Virus record (IMG/VR): IMGVR_UViG_3300021426_000068
Coordinates: 1-64,000 of that record
Source: a virus
Lineage: Duplodnaviria; Caudoviricetes
Reading direction: 5' to 3' (one strand)
Length of the DNA: 64,000 bases
In this document: piece after piece, positions 38,376 through 48,914 of the stretch
Numbering within the stretch: the first letter of the stretch is position 1
Layout: every line of letters starts with the position of its first letter
Translations under genes and position numbers: made by a program
Notes under the pieces: model-generated
The model's input: only the letters and a program-made list of their open reading frames with translations
Told to the model about the DNA's origin: nothing
Database searches by the model: none

Positions 38376-38821
38376 AAAACCCAACCAGAATTGTTAGAAA
38401 TTAAAATATCTTTATCTTTGTATTTAAGATATACTTTATTATTTTTAGTAAATACATTACAGATATGTGTCATACCCATTTTACATGTTGTATTATTTCT
38501 CCATCCAACAAGGGCTTTGTTTTTTCCATAAAAATCAATAATACATAATGTTTTATCAACACCTTTTTTAGTTAACTTTTTTTCTAATAATCCTTCTTTT
38601 TTCCATGAATTATAAGTTTTTAAATTAATATTAAGAAAATCTTTAAAGATTGGATTTTTTATTATCCATTCTTCTTGTCTTTTTTTCCATTCTTCATATG
38701 TCTCTTCTCTATATTTATTATAACCACTAGTATTTTTGCCATTATAGTTTAAAATGTATTTTATAGGTACATTAAAATATAATGAGTCTACTTCTCTATT
38801 TTTGTTAAATTTTTTACTCAT
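38372..38821 (-). CDS. hypothetical protein
   Basis: ORF track. Confidence 0.7.
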   Translation of the reverse strand: MSKKFNKNREVDSLYFNVPIKYILNYNGKNTSGYNKYREETYEEWKKRQEEWIIKNPIFKDFLNINLKTYNSWKKEGLLEKKLTKKGVDKTLCIIDFYGKNKALVGWRNNTTCKMGMTHICNVFTKNNKVYLKYKDKDILISNNSGWVL

Positions 38822-39291
38822 TTTAATTTTCTTTTTTTAGGCTTTTGAATAACAGTTTCTTGGAATTTATCAGTATCATCATAAACAATGTTTTCATTTA
38901 TATGACCAGGATGTGAAAAAACTTTAACATTTTCAATCTCGTCTTTTGACGTATCTTCGTTCCTATATTTTTCATCAAGTTCTCCGTTTTCGTTCATAAT
39001 CCCAGCAGATTTTAAAAATTGTGATGCTGTTTCTTTATTTTGTGTTACATCTTTAACAACAGATTTTAGAGTTTCTATTTCTTTAGAATTACTAAAAGGA
39101 GATTCGCCATATTTTTCTATCAAAAATTGTTTGTTTAACAATTCATTAACGAAAGGTGTGACTTTAATACCATTAAAGTCACAATATTCTTTTATTTTTT
39201 CATAGAGTGGATTGTAAATTAAAACTAAATGTTTATTTTGCAATTCTTTAATTTGTGTATCTATAATAGAAATAGATTCTTTATTTTTCAT
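38818..39291 (-). CDS. hypothetical protein (possible ribbon-helix-helix)
   Basis: LYEKIKEYC..NGIKV..FVNELL. Confidence 0.65.
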   Translation of the reverse strand: MKNKESISIIDTQIKELQNKHLVLIYNPLYEKIKEYCDFNGIKVTPFVNELLNKQFLIEKYGESPFSNSKEIETLKSVVKDVTQNKETASQFLKSAGIMNENGELDEKYRNEDTSKDEIENVKVFSHPGHINENIVYDDTDKFQETVIQKPKKRKLK

Positions 39292-39403
39292 AACGTAAAT
39301 ATAGTTTTTACAAAAATACAAAAAATAAAATTAATAAACAAAAAATACTGGATTTTATTTACAATTTTAATTTCAAATAATATATTTATTAAAAATATTT
39401 AAA

Positions 39404-40192
39404 ATGGAAAATAGAATAATTTTAGGATTAGATGTAAGTACTAAATGTATTGGTATTAGTATTATTGAAGATAATGGAGAAGGAATACCAAAAATTATTG
39501 CAATAACTCATAAGAAACCAAAATTACCAAAAGGTGTTGAAGATGATTTTGAAGGACTTTGTATAAAAAAACAAATTTTTGAGGATGAATTTTTAAAAAA
39601 AATTAATGAATATACAGGTAATAAAAAAATTACTGATGTAGTAATTGAAGAAGCTCTTTTAACTTCTAAAAATGCATATACTGTTGCTACATTATTAAGA
39701 TTTAATGGTATGATTGGTAACTCTGTATATGAAGTATTAGGAATCACACCTAAATTTATATCTTCATATGATGCCAGGTTATATTCATTCCCAACATTAG
39801 CATCAATTAGAAAATACAAGAAAAATGGAGAAGAATATCCATTAAAACATGTTTTAGATGCAATAAAAAAAGATAACATAGTATTGTTTGGTTCATATCC
39901 TTTTGATATTGATAAAAAAACTGTAATGTTAAATATGGTTAATGAAATGTATAAAGGAGAAAATTCAATTCCTTGGGAATTGAATAAGAAAGGTGAATTG
40001 AAAAAAGAAAATTATGATGCATGTGATTCACTTGTTTGTGCTCTTGCACACAGTAATTTAATGAGATATGGAATAGATAAACCAACTATTATTGATAGTA
40101 AAGTAATAGAAAACGAAAAAACAATTACAATTAATTATACAACTAGTGTTTGGAATAATAAAATAGAAAAGAAAATTATTTTACAAAAATAA
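39404..40192 (+). CDS. RuvC-like Holliday junction resolvase
   Basis: ILGLDVSTKCIG, VVIEE, YDACDSL. Confidence 0.75.
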   Translation: MENRIILGLDVSTKCIGISIIEDNGEGIPKIIAITHKKPKLPKGVEDDFEGLCIKKQIFEDEFLKKINEYTGNKKITDVVIEEALLTSKNAYTVATLLRFNGMIGNSVYEVLGITPKFISSYDARLYSFPTLASIRKYKKNGEEYPLKHVLDAIKKDNIVLFGSYPFDIDKKTVMLNMVNEMYKGENSIPWELNKKGELKKENYDACDSLVCALAHSNLMRYGIDKPTIIDSKVIENEKTITINYTTSVWNNKIEKKIILQK

Positions 40193-40250
40193 CAAAACCA
40201 TAATGTTTAACTATTTATATAAAAATAATAGTTAAATAAAAATAAATATT

Positions 40251-41018
40251 ATGTATTTAAATGACCCTCGTGAAAATACTATTGATTTAGATAAACATGC
40301 AATATGGGAAAGTGATAATAGAATAGAAAAAAGATATATTTGGAATGGTTTGATTACTGATTTATGTGACTTACCAATTGAAGAATATATGAAAAACCCA
40401 ATTATTGAAGCTATTAAATCTTCAGGTTCAGATTCAGGCTCTTCACAAGCCATTGAAGAACTTAATGAAACTGTAAAAGATTTAAGAGATAAAGTATTAA
40501 ATAGTATGGAAGAAGATACTAATGAAATTGTTAGTGCTATTACTGATAATGCTAATTCAATCATACAAATACTTAGTGGTGGTACATATGAACAAATTTT
40601 ATTCTTTTATACATCTGTCAATAATCAAATACCATATTCTAATATTAAAAAAGAAATGTTTTTTTCAGGTGTAATCAATATTAATAGTGAAGGTTTTATT
40701 ACCTATATGTTAGGTGACCCATCTGAAGAAGATTGGAACTTATATAGTTCAGGAACAATAACTGAATCAGAATTAGTTGATAGAAGTAATAATGATTACT
40801 ATTTAGTTGTACCTAAAAAATATGGTATAACTAAAAATTTTGTTATTATGGAAGAAGGAAGTTCAGACGTTACAAATTCATTTGTGGAAGTATCTGAATT
40901 AAGTAATTTGTTTGAAGGATATATTGTTTTTAAATCACATGATAAAGACCATTTTAATATTGACTTTCCTTCAGAAAAAAATATTAAAATAATTCATAAA
41001 ATAAAATTTTTTAACTAA
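40251..41018 (+). CDS. hypothetical (likely virion) protein
   Basis: ORF track; ACTATTTATA motif upstream. Confidence 0.7.
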   Translation: MYLNDPRENTIDLDKHAIWESDNRIEKRYIWNGLITDLCDLPIEEYMKNPIIEAIKSSGSDSGSSQAIEELNETVKDLRDKVLNSMEEDTNEIVSAITDNANSIIQILSGGTYEQILFFYTSVNNQIPYSNIKKEMFFSGVININSEGFITYMLGDPSEEDWNLYSSGTITESELVDRSNNDYYLVVPKKYGITKNFVIMEEGSSDVTNSFVEVSELSNLFEGYIVFKSHDKDHFNIDFPSEKNIKIIHKIKFFN

Positions 41019-41019
41019 A

Positions 41020-41265
41020 ATGGTAACAAATAGTGAAGACATAAAAAAGTTTTCTTCGCAATTTCAGTATAATGGTGACGGACCACTTGATGCAAAACAA
41101 AATCCAGTTGAAACTGTAGCAGAACTTCCAACACCATTAAAAGCTTATGAAGGACAAACATTAACAGTACTTACTCCTGATGAAAATAATATTATTTGGG
41201 ATTATCAATTTATAAATGGTGAATGGAAAAGAAAAAATAAAAATATAGATTGTGGAGAATTTTAG
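41020..41265 (+). CDS. small hypothetical (virion-associated?) protein
   Basis: GPLDAK...YEG...IDCGEF-TAG. Confidence 0.7.
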   Translation: MVTNSEDIKKFSSQFQYNGDGPLDAKQNPVETVAELPTPLKAYEGQTLTVLTPDENNIIWDYQFINGEWKRKNKNIDCGEF

Positions 41266-41267
41266 AT

Positions 41268-42233
41268 ATGGAATTAAAATATTTTAAAGAATTTAATACT
41301 AAATCCGACTATGATACTTACATTAATGGTGACCCAATTTTACCTAATGTAAGTTTTGTTAATCAGGATGTCTATTATGAAGATGGTAATACACCACCAC
41401 CTATTATTAGTGCTGGGATGATATGTTATCATGATGGCAGTAGTTTCAAGTTTTGTACCAGTGATGAATGGAGTGCTTCACTTGGTGAAGTACAGGGAGT
41501 AGTTGTAGTTCCTTCAAATCATACAATTGATGGAACAGCAAGAATAATGTGTATTGATGGTGTTAATACTGACGGTTCACATGGTGATGATGGTGAACAA
41601 GAAATGGAATGGGGACCAAGAAATATAGACATATGGCTTCGTAATTTAAATCAAGTACCAACATGGGATAATACAATAGGTGGTGCTATTGGTAATAATG
41701 TTTATGGTCGTTTACCTTCAACAAGTAAAGATGGTGACTTTACTGGAGCAACATGTGCCACTGACAGTATTGCTAAGTATGCAGGTTTTACACCATATAT
41801 TCCTAGTCCATATTTAGAAGATGGTAGTCTTAACTCTGATTATATTAATACGGTTAAAGTTCCTAATAATGCATTAAGTGATTTCAACGGTAAATATAAC
41901 ACATCAGTATTGGTTGGATTAGGGACAGCATATACTGCTGCTAATGCATGTCATCAGTACGGAACGACCGCTTTACCAGCTGGTAATTGGTATTTACCTG
42001 CAATGGGTGAACTTGGTTATATAATTTCAAGATATAATGAAATTAATACCGCTTTAGTTGCTTTAAAAGGATATGGTGGCACTGAGTTGTATGGCCAGCG
42101 TACATATTGGAGTTCTACTGAGTACAGTGATTTCGGTGCTCTTGCAGTGGAAACTTTTGTAGGTGATGTTAAATATATGTATAAATATTCCGAGTATTAT
42201 GTTCGTGCCTTTGCCTCTGTTCCTGTTGAATAA
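41268..42233 (+). CDS. DUF1566/C-type-lectin-fold putative adhesin
   Basis: WYLPAMGEL...YWSSTEY...YVRAF. Confidence 0.7.
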   Translation: MELKYFKEFNTKSDYDTYINGDPILPNVSFVNQDVYYEDGNTPPPIISAGMICYHDGSSFKFCTSDEWSASLGEVQGVVVVPSNHTIDGTARIMCIDGVNTDGSHGDDGEQEMEWGPRNIDIWLRNLNQVPTWDNTIGGAIGNNVYGRLPSTSKDGDFTGATCATDSIAKYAGFTPYIPSPYLEDGSLNSDYINTVKVPNNALSDFNGKYNTSVLVGLGTAYTAANACHQYGTTALPAGNWYLPAMGELGYIISRYNEINTALVALKGYGGTELYGQRTYWSSTEYSDFGALAVETFVGDVKYMYKYSEYYVRAFASVPVE

Positions 42234-42235
42234 TA

Positions 42236-42266
42236 AAAAAGGTAACAAGTTATTGTTACCTTTTTT
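42236..42266. terminator. bidirectional intrinsic terminator
   Basis: AAAAAAGGTAACAA-gtta-TTGTTACCTTTTTT between convergent genes. Confidence 0.75.
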
Positions 42267-42362
42267 CCTTTATTATTTCTTCTAATTTATATGGGTTAAT
42301 AAAATTTTCAGATTTAACCTTAATTATTTCATGTCCTCATCTTAAACACCCACACATATTAA

Positions 42363-42644
42363 CTAATTTTTATTATTAAGTTTTTTTTCAAGACGTTCTA
42401 ATTTATAATTTTTTTCTTTAACAAACTCTTCATAACCACCAAATAAGATAGACATTTGTTCTACCATAATAGACACATCAGCCAGTTCAGTTATAACATC
42501 TTTATCAGTTACTCTATTACGTTTAGATTTATGAACAGCAGCAAGTAATTCACCAATTTCTTCATCAAGCATATCTAATTGTGGTTGAATACCCCAAGTT
42601 AAAATTGCTTGTTCATATAATTTTAATTTTTTTTCTTTTTCCAT
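42363..42644 (-). CDS. MazG-like nucleotide pyrophosphohydrolase
   Basis: EEIGEL...ELADV. Confidence 0.8.
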   Translation of the reverse strand: MEKEKKLKLYEQAILTWGIQPQLDMLDEEIGELLAAVHKSKRNRVTDKDVITELADVSIMVEQMSILFGGYEEFVKEKNYKLERLEKKLNNKN

Positions 42645-42646
42645 AA

Positions 42647-43234
42647 TTATTCATTAATAACATTAATTTGACAAGATTTCATAACAGTAAGTGCTGCTTT
42701 ATGTGATTCAGGTGTTACACCTGCACAACAAGATGCATCAACAGTGATATCAGCAACAGTTGATATTGTACCCCCATAATACCTTGTTTTTAAAAGTAAT
42801 GCATTTGAAATAATACAAATGTTAGTACAATATCCTATAATTTCAATATAAAGATGAAAAATTTTTCCTCTTTCACCTGGATTGTTATTATTAATTTCTT
42901 CAATTAAATCAAATGAACCGAATGTTGGCTTTTCTATATAAGTTACTGTTATATTTCTTTCTTCAGCTGCATCAAGTGCTTGTTTTATACCATTTTCAAT
43001 ACACCATCCTGGTGTTGCCTTAATACAATGTTCTACAGGAAGTGCCAAACCTTCTTGTGTTTTAAGATAATCATGTTTATGAGTATCCATTGTTACATAA
43101 ATTTGACTTCCTTCAAAATTATTAATTTTTTCAATAATGTTTGGTACAGCATTAATTGCTTCTTCGTTACGAAGACTTCCATAAATAAAGTCATTTTGTG
43201 GGTCAATCACACATAAAATTTGATTTTTTTCCAT
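42647..43234 (-). CDS. nicotinamidase/isochorismatase family hydrolase
   Basis: IDPQNDF, TMDTH, HCI..TPGW, KPTFGS, GYCTNICI. Confidence 0.88.
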   Translation of the reverse strand: MEKNQILCVIDPQNDFIYGSLRNEEAINAVPNIIEKINNFEGSQIYVTMDTHKHDYLKTQEGLALPVEHCIKATPGWCIENGIKQALDAAEERNITVTYIEKPTFGSFDLIEEINNNNPGERGKIFHLYIEIIGYCTNICIISNALLLKTRYYGGTISTVADITVDASCCAGVTPESHKAALTVMKSCQINVINE

Positions 43235-43240
43235 AATTTT

Positions 43241-44380
43241 TTAATTTTCATAATCATTAAGAATAATAAACAAAGAAATACCTATATTACATAAGATTGT
43301 TAATATAAACAATGTTATTATTTGATTTTTTGTTAATGAAACTTTTATATATTTAAAATCTGAGAATTCTTTTCTTTTCCAATGATGTAAATTATTAATT
43401 AACCATTGAGAATATTCAGTTAAACTTAATACTTCATTATTTCTATATTTTTCCATTGTTTTAATTGCCATTTTTCTATCATCTTCCCATGAAAAAGAAT
43501 AACACCAATTAACAGTTTTATCTGGATTTAATGAAAAACAAACAATTAATTCATTTTTATTTCCACCTTGCCAATATGATTGTTGTTTATATGCTGTTTC
43601 TATAGTTTTGTTAGAATCAAAAATTAATACGAAAATTCTAAATTGTTTTTCTTTACCATAAAAACCATTTATATATTTAAGTTCATTAATATCATTGTTA
43701 TTAAACAGTATATTAGTATTATTTAATAACGGATTTTGGTCTAAACTATATATATCAGGATAATCATATAGATTAAATTCTTTTGCTTCTTTTTTAGAAA
43801 TCTCTTCAAACTTAAATATAGAATTTGAAGCCTTTATTTTATTTTCATAACCATGTGGTTCTGTTATTGTATATATTGTTTCTTTTTGATTATCCCAAAA
43901 ATAGTCTTGTGCATCACCATCTATTCTATAATAATTACGATGCATATCAACAAACACCATTTTTGATTTAAACCTATTTTTAATCAAATTAAAGGTGTTT
44001 TCATTTAAAGAATGTTCATAACTACTTATATTACTTACATATGTCCAAAATTCTGCATGATATTGACGATATGAACAATCATATTCTTCTTCTTTATAAA
44101 TTGTATTTCCTTCATTATCAGTACCAACCGCAACCTTTCTGGTACATCTTCTTTCTATCCATTCGTCCCATTCATCATAATGTCTAATTTTTGTGACATA
44201 ACCACCTAAATATTCAGTATCTTCTGTTTTTGATATAATCATTATTTCTTTTACTATTAAAGTAAAAAGAATTGAAGGTATAATTAATATTATATATTCC
44301 CACCATACAATATTCTTCTTAAAAAACATAAGAAGAAATATAGAAATTATGAATGGGAGAAAATATAAAATTGTTTCCAT
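43241..44380 (-). CDS. membrane protein (TPM-like C-terminal region)
   Basis: N- and C-terminal TM helices, WQGGNKNEL. Confidence 0.75.
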   Translation of the reverse strand: METILYFLPFIISIFLLMFFKKNIVWWEYIILIIPSILFTLIVKEIMIISKTEDTEYLGGYVTKIRHYDEWDEWIERRCTRKVAVGTDNEGNTIYKEEEYDCSYRQYHAEFWTYVSNISSYEHSLNENTFNLIKNRFKSKMVFVDMHRNYYRIDGDAQDYFWDNQKETIYTITEPHGYENKIKASNSIFKFEEISKKEAKEFNLYDYPDIYSLDQNPLLNNTNILFNNNDINELKYINGFYGKEKQFRIFVLIFDSNKTIETAYKQQSYWQGGNKNELIVCFSLNPDKTVNWCYSFSWEDDRKMAIKTMEKYRNNEVLSLTEYSQWLINNLHHWKRKEFSDFKYIKVSLTKNQIITLFILTILCNIGISLFIILNDYEN

Positions 44381-44383
44381 TAA

Positions 44384-44929
44384 TTATTTTTTAAATAAGT
44401 CAACATCATCATCAATACCTGTTTCTATTGTACTTTTTGTTCTTGTAGAAGATATTACTGTATATTCAATTGGTATTTTATTATGAATAAACCATCTTGA
44501 AGGATATGTTTCACACAAAGTACTATGTTCTCTAATTATATCAAGCATAAGTTCCTGTGAATGCTGAAATTCAGTTCTATAAATTTCAATTGAAGCCATT
44601 AAATCTTTATAGAGAGAAGTATCAAAGTTTGGATTGCTTTCCTGTATCCATTTCATAAGACTACCATCACCATTTGAATATCTACCACCAATAATTTCTG
44701 GATATATTTCTTTAAAAGCATCTTTGTATTCATTGGAAACTTGTGCTTTTTGTTGAATAATTTTCCACATTTTATCGTAAACACCTTCTACTTTTCCATA
44801 TTGTGCTTCTGCTCTTTTTCTTAATTCAATCTCTCTATTATTGTAACTAAAACTCATTATTACTGTTACAATAGCCCCAAGGCCAATAATTAGTACTAAA
44901 ATTAATGTTAAAAGTTTATTACTGTTCAT
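44384..44929 (-). CDS. membrane-anchored helical protein (LemA-like)
   Basis: N-terminal TM, WIQESNPNFD. Confidence 0.7.
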   Translation of the reverse strand: MNSNKLLTLILVLIIGLGAIVTVIMSFSYNNREIELRKRAEAQYGKVEGVYDKMWKIIQQKAQVSNEYKDAFKEIYPEIIGGRYSNGDGSLMKWIQESNPNFDTSLYKDLMASIEIYRTEFQHSQELMLDIIREHSTLCETYPSRWFIHNKIPIEYTVISSTRTKSTIETGIDDDVDLFKK

Positions 44930-45197
44930 TTTCGTTTATTTTTTTAAGTTTAAATATAATTCCTTTATCAATGTTTTTAATTTCAGTTACCATATATCCG
45001 TCATCTGTTTTATAACCTCTTGCAATATATGGTCCACCTGGTGGGTCAATTGCTATTATGTCATCTAATGTTCCTGTTATCCCATATGGATAATCATATT
45101 CTTGAAGTAAAGAATATTCATCATCATTTATTTTTATAAACTGCGTTACAATATAATCTCTATTTGCTAAATTGATTATGTTCTTCATGTCATTCAT
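44919..45197 (-). CDS. hypothetical protein
   Basis: IDPPGGPYI motif; ORF track. Confidence 0.7.
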   Translation of the reverse strand: MNDMKNIINLANRDYIVTQFIKINDDEYSLLQEYDYPYGITGTLDDIIAIDPPGGPYIARGYKTDDGYMVTEIKNIDKGIIFKLKKINENEQ

Positions 45198-45476
45198 ATT
45201 TTTCCTTTTTGACAAAACTATATTTTTTATTTTTTAAAAACAAACTTTTTGAAAATTATTTGTTTTTTGTAATGCTTTCTGTTAATTAATAGAACTGTAT
45301 GAATATTTAGCTTAACATATTTAGCTTAAAATAATTTATTTAGCTTATAATAAAATAATTAAGCTAAACATGATATCGTTAATTATAAGTTATAGGTTTC
45401 TTGAAAATTTTTTCTTTTATGTTGAGTTTCTAAAAATTTAAATGTATATTTGTAAAAAACATAAAGATTGTAAATT

Positions 45477-46040
45477 ATGAGTTTTAAAGTTTATAATGGA
45501 GTAAAGTTCAAAACTAACAGTTTATATGAACTTAAAGAACAATTACTAAGTATAAAAAAAGAATGTATTAAGATTGCTAATGATGCTATTAATACTACTG
45601 ATATTTATAACTTAACTCTTATGAATAAAATAGAAATATCAGAAGAAAACATAGTTAATATTTGGAAAGCAGTATCAGAAGAAATAAGAACATGTAGTCC
45701 ATTTGCACCTTTATTTAATTTTAGTATTGTTATATACCCTTACGAAGATGGAACATTATATGGTGTTATCTTTGCTGATGGCTTAAAAGAATTCCGTAAT
45801 TTAATAGATAAATATTGTGAAGATTTTTACTATTGGGATAATGTAGATATGCCATCAAATGTTTCTGAAAAAGAATGGAAACATAGAATGCACGTTTGGA
45901 ATAATATTTTTAGTAATTCTGCACGTTATAGTGATGCTGGTTTTTCTTATGAAATAGTAAGTTATCGTGATTTATCTTTACGAAGAATTAAAGAAGTTTT
46001 GACTGAATATCTAGAAAAAAATAATAAAAAAGATGAGTGA
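45477..46040 (+). CDS. hypothetical protein
   Basis: ORF track; TATATTTG promoter at ~45445. Confidence 0.75.
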   Translation: MSFKVYNGVKFKTNSLYELKEQLLSIKKECIKIANDAINTTDIYNLTLMNKIEISEENIVNIWKAVSEEIRTCSPFAPLFNFSIVIYPYEDGTLYGVIFADGLKEFRNLIDKYCEDFYYWDNVDMPSNVSEKEWKHRMHVWNNIFSNSARYSDAGFSYEIVSYRDLSLRRIKEVLTEYLEKNNKKDE

Positions 46041-46761
46041 AAATTTAGATAAAATATTAAAAGATTCAAGGAAACGTTGGAAAATAAACAAAATAAAACT
46101 TTTCTTTACTTGCCCATATAGAATATGTAAATCAACAATATTATGTTTACGTTTTCCATTTCTTTATCCAAGAAATAGATTGACAGATAAACATTATAAC
46201 AACTGGAAAATAAATAATTTTCATCAAAAAAATTGGACAAAAGCTTACAAATATGAAAAAAACGAATCCTCTCCTGATTCTATAGGTACATGGAAAGTTA
46301 TTGATAAAAAACTTGCTTTTAAAATAAAATTTTTGGACAATATAGAACGTTTTCTATCAATTTTTCATTGTATTCCAAGTTATACTGAACTTGATGCTAT
46401 GCCAAAAGGATGGAGAAAATGTTTTGGTATACAAATGTGTAAAGAAATTAAAAAAGCACTATTGGAAGATGGTGGTAGAAAAAAACTTTACAACTATCGT
46501 ATAAGCCAAATTAAAGAAAAATTTGGATGTTTAAGATGGTATGATGAAAGAGGTTGTGAAGAAGTGGATAAAATAATTAATAAATATGAATATATTTCAT
46601 ATAGAACATGTATTAAATGTGGAAGAACTGCTGAATATATAACTAAAGGATGGATAACACCTTATTGTGAAAAATGTATTCCTGAAGAACAAAAAGAAAA
46701 ATCTGATAAATATTTTTATGATATTGATTTTTATGGTTGGACTAGAAGTAAATTAAAATAA
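46033..46761 (+). CDS. conserved phage protein
   Basis: MPKGW...QIKEKFGCLRWY...TCIKCG...GWITPYCEKC. Confidence 0.75.
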   Translation: MSENLDKILKDSRKRWKINKIKLFFTCPYRICKSTILCLRFPFLYPRNRLTDKHYNNWKINNFHQKNWTKAYKYEKNESSPDSIGTWKVIDKKLAFKIKFLDNIERFLSIFHCIPSYTELDAMPKGWRKCFGIQMCKEIKKALLEDGGRKKLYNYRISQIKEKFGCLRWYDERGCEEVDKIINKYEYISYRTCIKCGRTAEYITKGWITPYCEKCIPEEQKEKSDKYFYDIDFYGWTRSKLK

Positions 46762-46783
46762 TTTGGTATAAATTTGTGTAGTT

Positions 46784-47608
46784 ATGAAATTTAAAAATCT
46801 TGAAGATAAATGTCAGTATTATAGAAGTCTTACTGATTATAGAATTCTTCCTAATAGTAATATTCTTGTAATGCTTGATGGAAAAAAATTCAGTACTTTA
46901 ATTAAGAATAATTTTAAGAAACCGTTTGATGATACATTCATTGATATGATGAATCGTACTGCACAGTTTCTTTGTAATAATGTGCAGGGTGTAAAATTTG
47001 CATATACCCAAAGTGATGAAATTAGTCTTCTTATAACTGATTATGATACACCTAACACTGACACACCATTTGGAGGAAGAATCTGTAAGTTACAGTCTCT
47101 TCTTGCTTCACTTGCTACAAGTGAATTTAATAGATGGTTTACTATATGGAATCTTAATAAGTGTAAAGACAACGTTGATGTTGGTAAGTTTATTTCTAAG
47201 ATGAAAATGGCTCAATTTGATTGTAAGGTATGGACAGTACCTAGTTTGAACGATGCTTATGCATGGTTTCTTTATCGTCAGATTGACTGTGTTAGAAACT
47301 CAAAACAACAAACAGCACAAACTTATCTTCCTAATACACAACTTCTTAACCTTGATACTGATAAACAGATTGAAATGTGTAAAAATGAAAGTGGTATTGA
47401 TTGGAATAGTTTTGAAGATATATATAAATATGGGAGATTTGTATATAAATTTCCTGAACATTTTTCAAAAACGCTTTCTGATGAAACAAATGTAGAATTT
47501 GAAAGAAATAAATTTAAAGTGGTTCCAGCATTTTTACTTAACGAAAATAAAGAACAATTTTTTGAAATAATAAAAAATAGTATAAAAAAGACCGATTATG
47601 AAGATTAA
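46784..47608 (+). CDS. Thg1-like 3'-5' RNA polymerase / tRNA-His guanylyltransferase
   Basis: LDGKKFS, KPFD, YTQSDEISL, FDCKV, RQIDC.RNS, KYG. Confidence 0.88.
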   Translation: MKFKNLEDKCQYYRSLTDYRILPNSNILVMLDGKKFSTLIKNNFKKPFDDTFIDMMNRTAQFLCNNVQGVKFAYTQSDEISLLITDYDTPNTDTPFGGRICKLQSLLASLATSEFNRWFTIWNLNKCKDNVDVGKFISKMKMAQFDCKVWTVPSLNDAYAWFLYRQIDCVRNSKQQTAQTYLPNTQLLNLDTDKQIEMCKNESGIDWNSFEDIYKYGRFVYKFPEHFSKTLSDETNVEFERNKFKVVPAFLLNENKEQFFEIIKNSIKKTDYED

Positions 47609-48065
47609 AATTTTAACAGAAAAGGAAATAGAAGTTAAATTCATGAAATGCGAAATTGAAGTTTTTCCTGAAGATGCTATTGTTAACGGTGAATGTGATG
47701 ACGAAGATAAATGTTTAATGCCTTTTTTGGAAAAATGTGGAACAGATAGTTTCTTATGGAAACCAGTTATAGATATTGACGAAGGAAAAATAGTAAATTG
47801 GCCAAATGGTACTACGGCTAAAACAAACTATAAATCAGTTGATTATAATAAAATTTATTTTTATAATGAAAAAGAAAAACTTATATCTTGGTTTAGTAAA
47901 GAGGAACAAGAAGAAGTAAATGTATATGAAGGATATGTACCTGAAATTCTTGATTGTGTTGGAGATGGTTATGGTGATTATGTACAAATGAAAATAGATG
48001 AAAACGGATATATTAATAACTTTGATAAAGAGGATATATATCAAATTTTTAATGAAGAAGAATAA
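47598..48065 (+). CDS. hypothetical protein
   Basis: YVP......GYGDYV.M.ID.NG.I. Confidence 0.75.
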   Translation: MKIKILTEKEIEVKFMKCEIEVFPEDAIVNGECDDEDKCLMPFLEKCGTDSFLWKPVIDIDEGKIVNWPNGTTAKTNYKSVDYNKIYFYNEKEKLISWFSKEEQEEVNVYEGYVPEILDCVGDGYGDYVQMKIDENGYINNFDKEDIYQIFNEEE

Positions 48066-48089
48066 ACAAAAATAAAAAGAATAAAAGTT

Positions 48090-48380
48090 ATGGCTGAAGA
48101 AAGGTTTGCAACAAAAGATGAAATTTTAAAAGCAATTAAAGAATCTTATAAAAAGAAAAAAATCTCTTACAAAGAATATATGGTTCAAATCAATAAAGTT
48201 GAAAAACATTATGATGAATGGAAGAAAGGATATGAAGCAGAAAGAGGTATTAATAATGAAATTGATATGACTAATGAAGAACTTGCTATTGGAAAAAGAT
48301 TAACAGAACTTCAGGTTAAAAAAGATAATATATTAGATAAAGAAAAAGATTTAATAGATGAAGAAAAAGCAGATGATTAA
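48090..48380 (+). CDS. hypothetical protein
   Basis: ORF track. Confidence 0.7.
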   Translation: MAEERFATKDEILKAIKESYKKKKISYKEYMVQINKVEKHYDEWKKGYEAERGINNEIDMTNEELAIGKRLTELQVKKDNILDKEKDLIDEEKADD

Positions 48381-48814
48381 TCATCTGCTTTATTAAGAAA
48401 GTATAAATTACAATTTTCATCAACACCAAGATGTGCAAAATAGTTAGCATTTTTTTCAGTGTAAAAATTATAATAACATTGTTTTTTATAACTATATGAA
48501 CTAGCCCATATAACACTAGGGATACCTATTATAAGAAGATATAATGGTCCAAGTATTTTACTTTGAACTGTATGTCCATCAACTTCATGTGAAATACCAG
48601 TTTCGTTCATGCGTTTAGAAACATATGCAAATGGTCCCAATGAAATACCACCTAACATATTTTCACATTTAAAACCAAAGTTAAAATGTCTATCAGCAAC
48701 AAGTTCACGTTTTCCTAAAAACGGTAACATTGCAATTGCAACAATAAACTGAGGTAATTGCCAAATGCATAGGAGAATAAATATCATCCACCAAATAATA
48801 GATTTATTTTTCAT
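48377..48814 (-). CDS. membrane protein with degenerate HExxH-like motif
   Basis: WQLPQ, GISLG, HEVDGHTVQS.ILGPLYL, Y.FYTE..AN. Confidence 0.75.
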   Translation of the reverse strand: MKNKSIIWWMIFILLCIWQLPQFIVAIAMLPFLGKRELVADRHFNFGFKCENMLGGISLGPFAYVSKRMNETGISHEVDGHTVQSKILGPLYLLIIGIPSVIWASSYSYKKQCYYNFYTEKNANYFAHLGVDENCNLYFLNKADD

Positions 48815-48914
48815 AGTATTTTTTTAATAAATAGTTGTTTTTAAAATAAAAACTTTGTATTTTTGTAAAAAGAAAATTTAGTTTGAAATAAGTTAATAAT
48901 AAAAAATTTAGAAT

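Noticed and set aside
42100-42233. DGR variable region in the lectin-fold gene
   Set aside because: The fold is compatible, but no template repeat or reverse transcriptase is in this window
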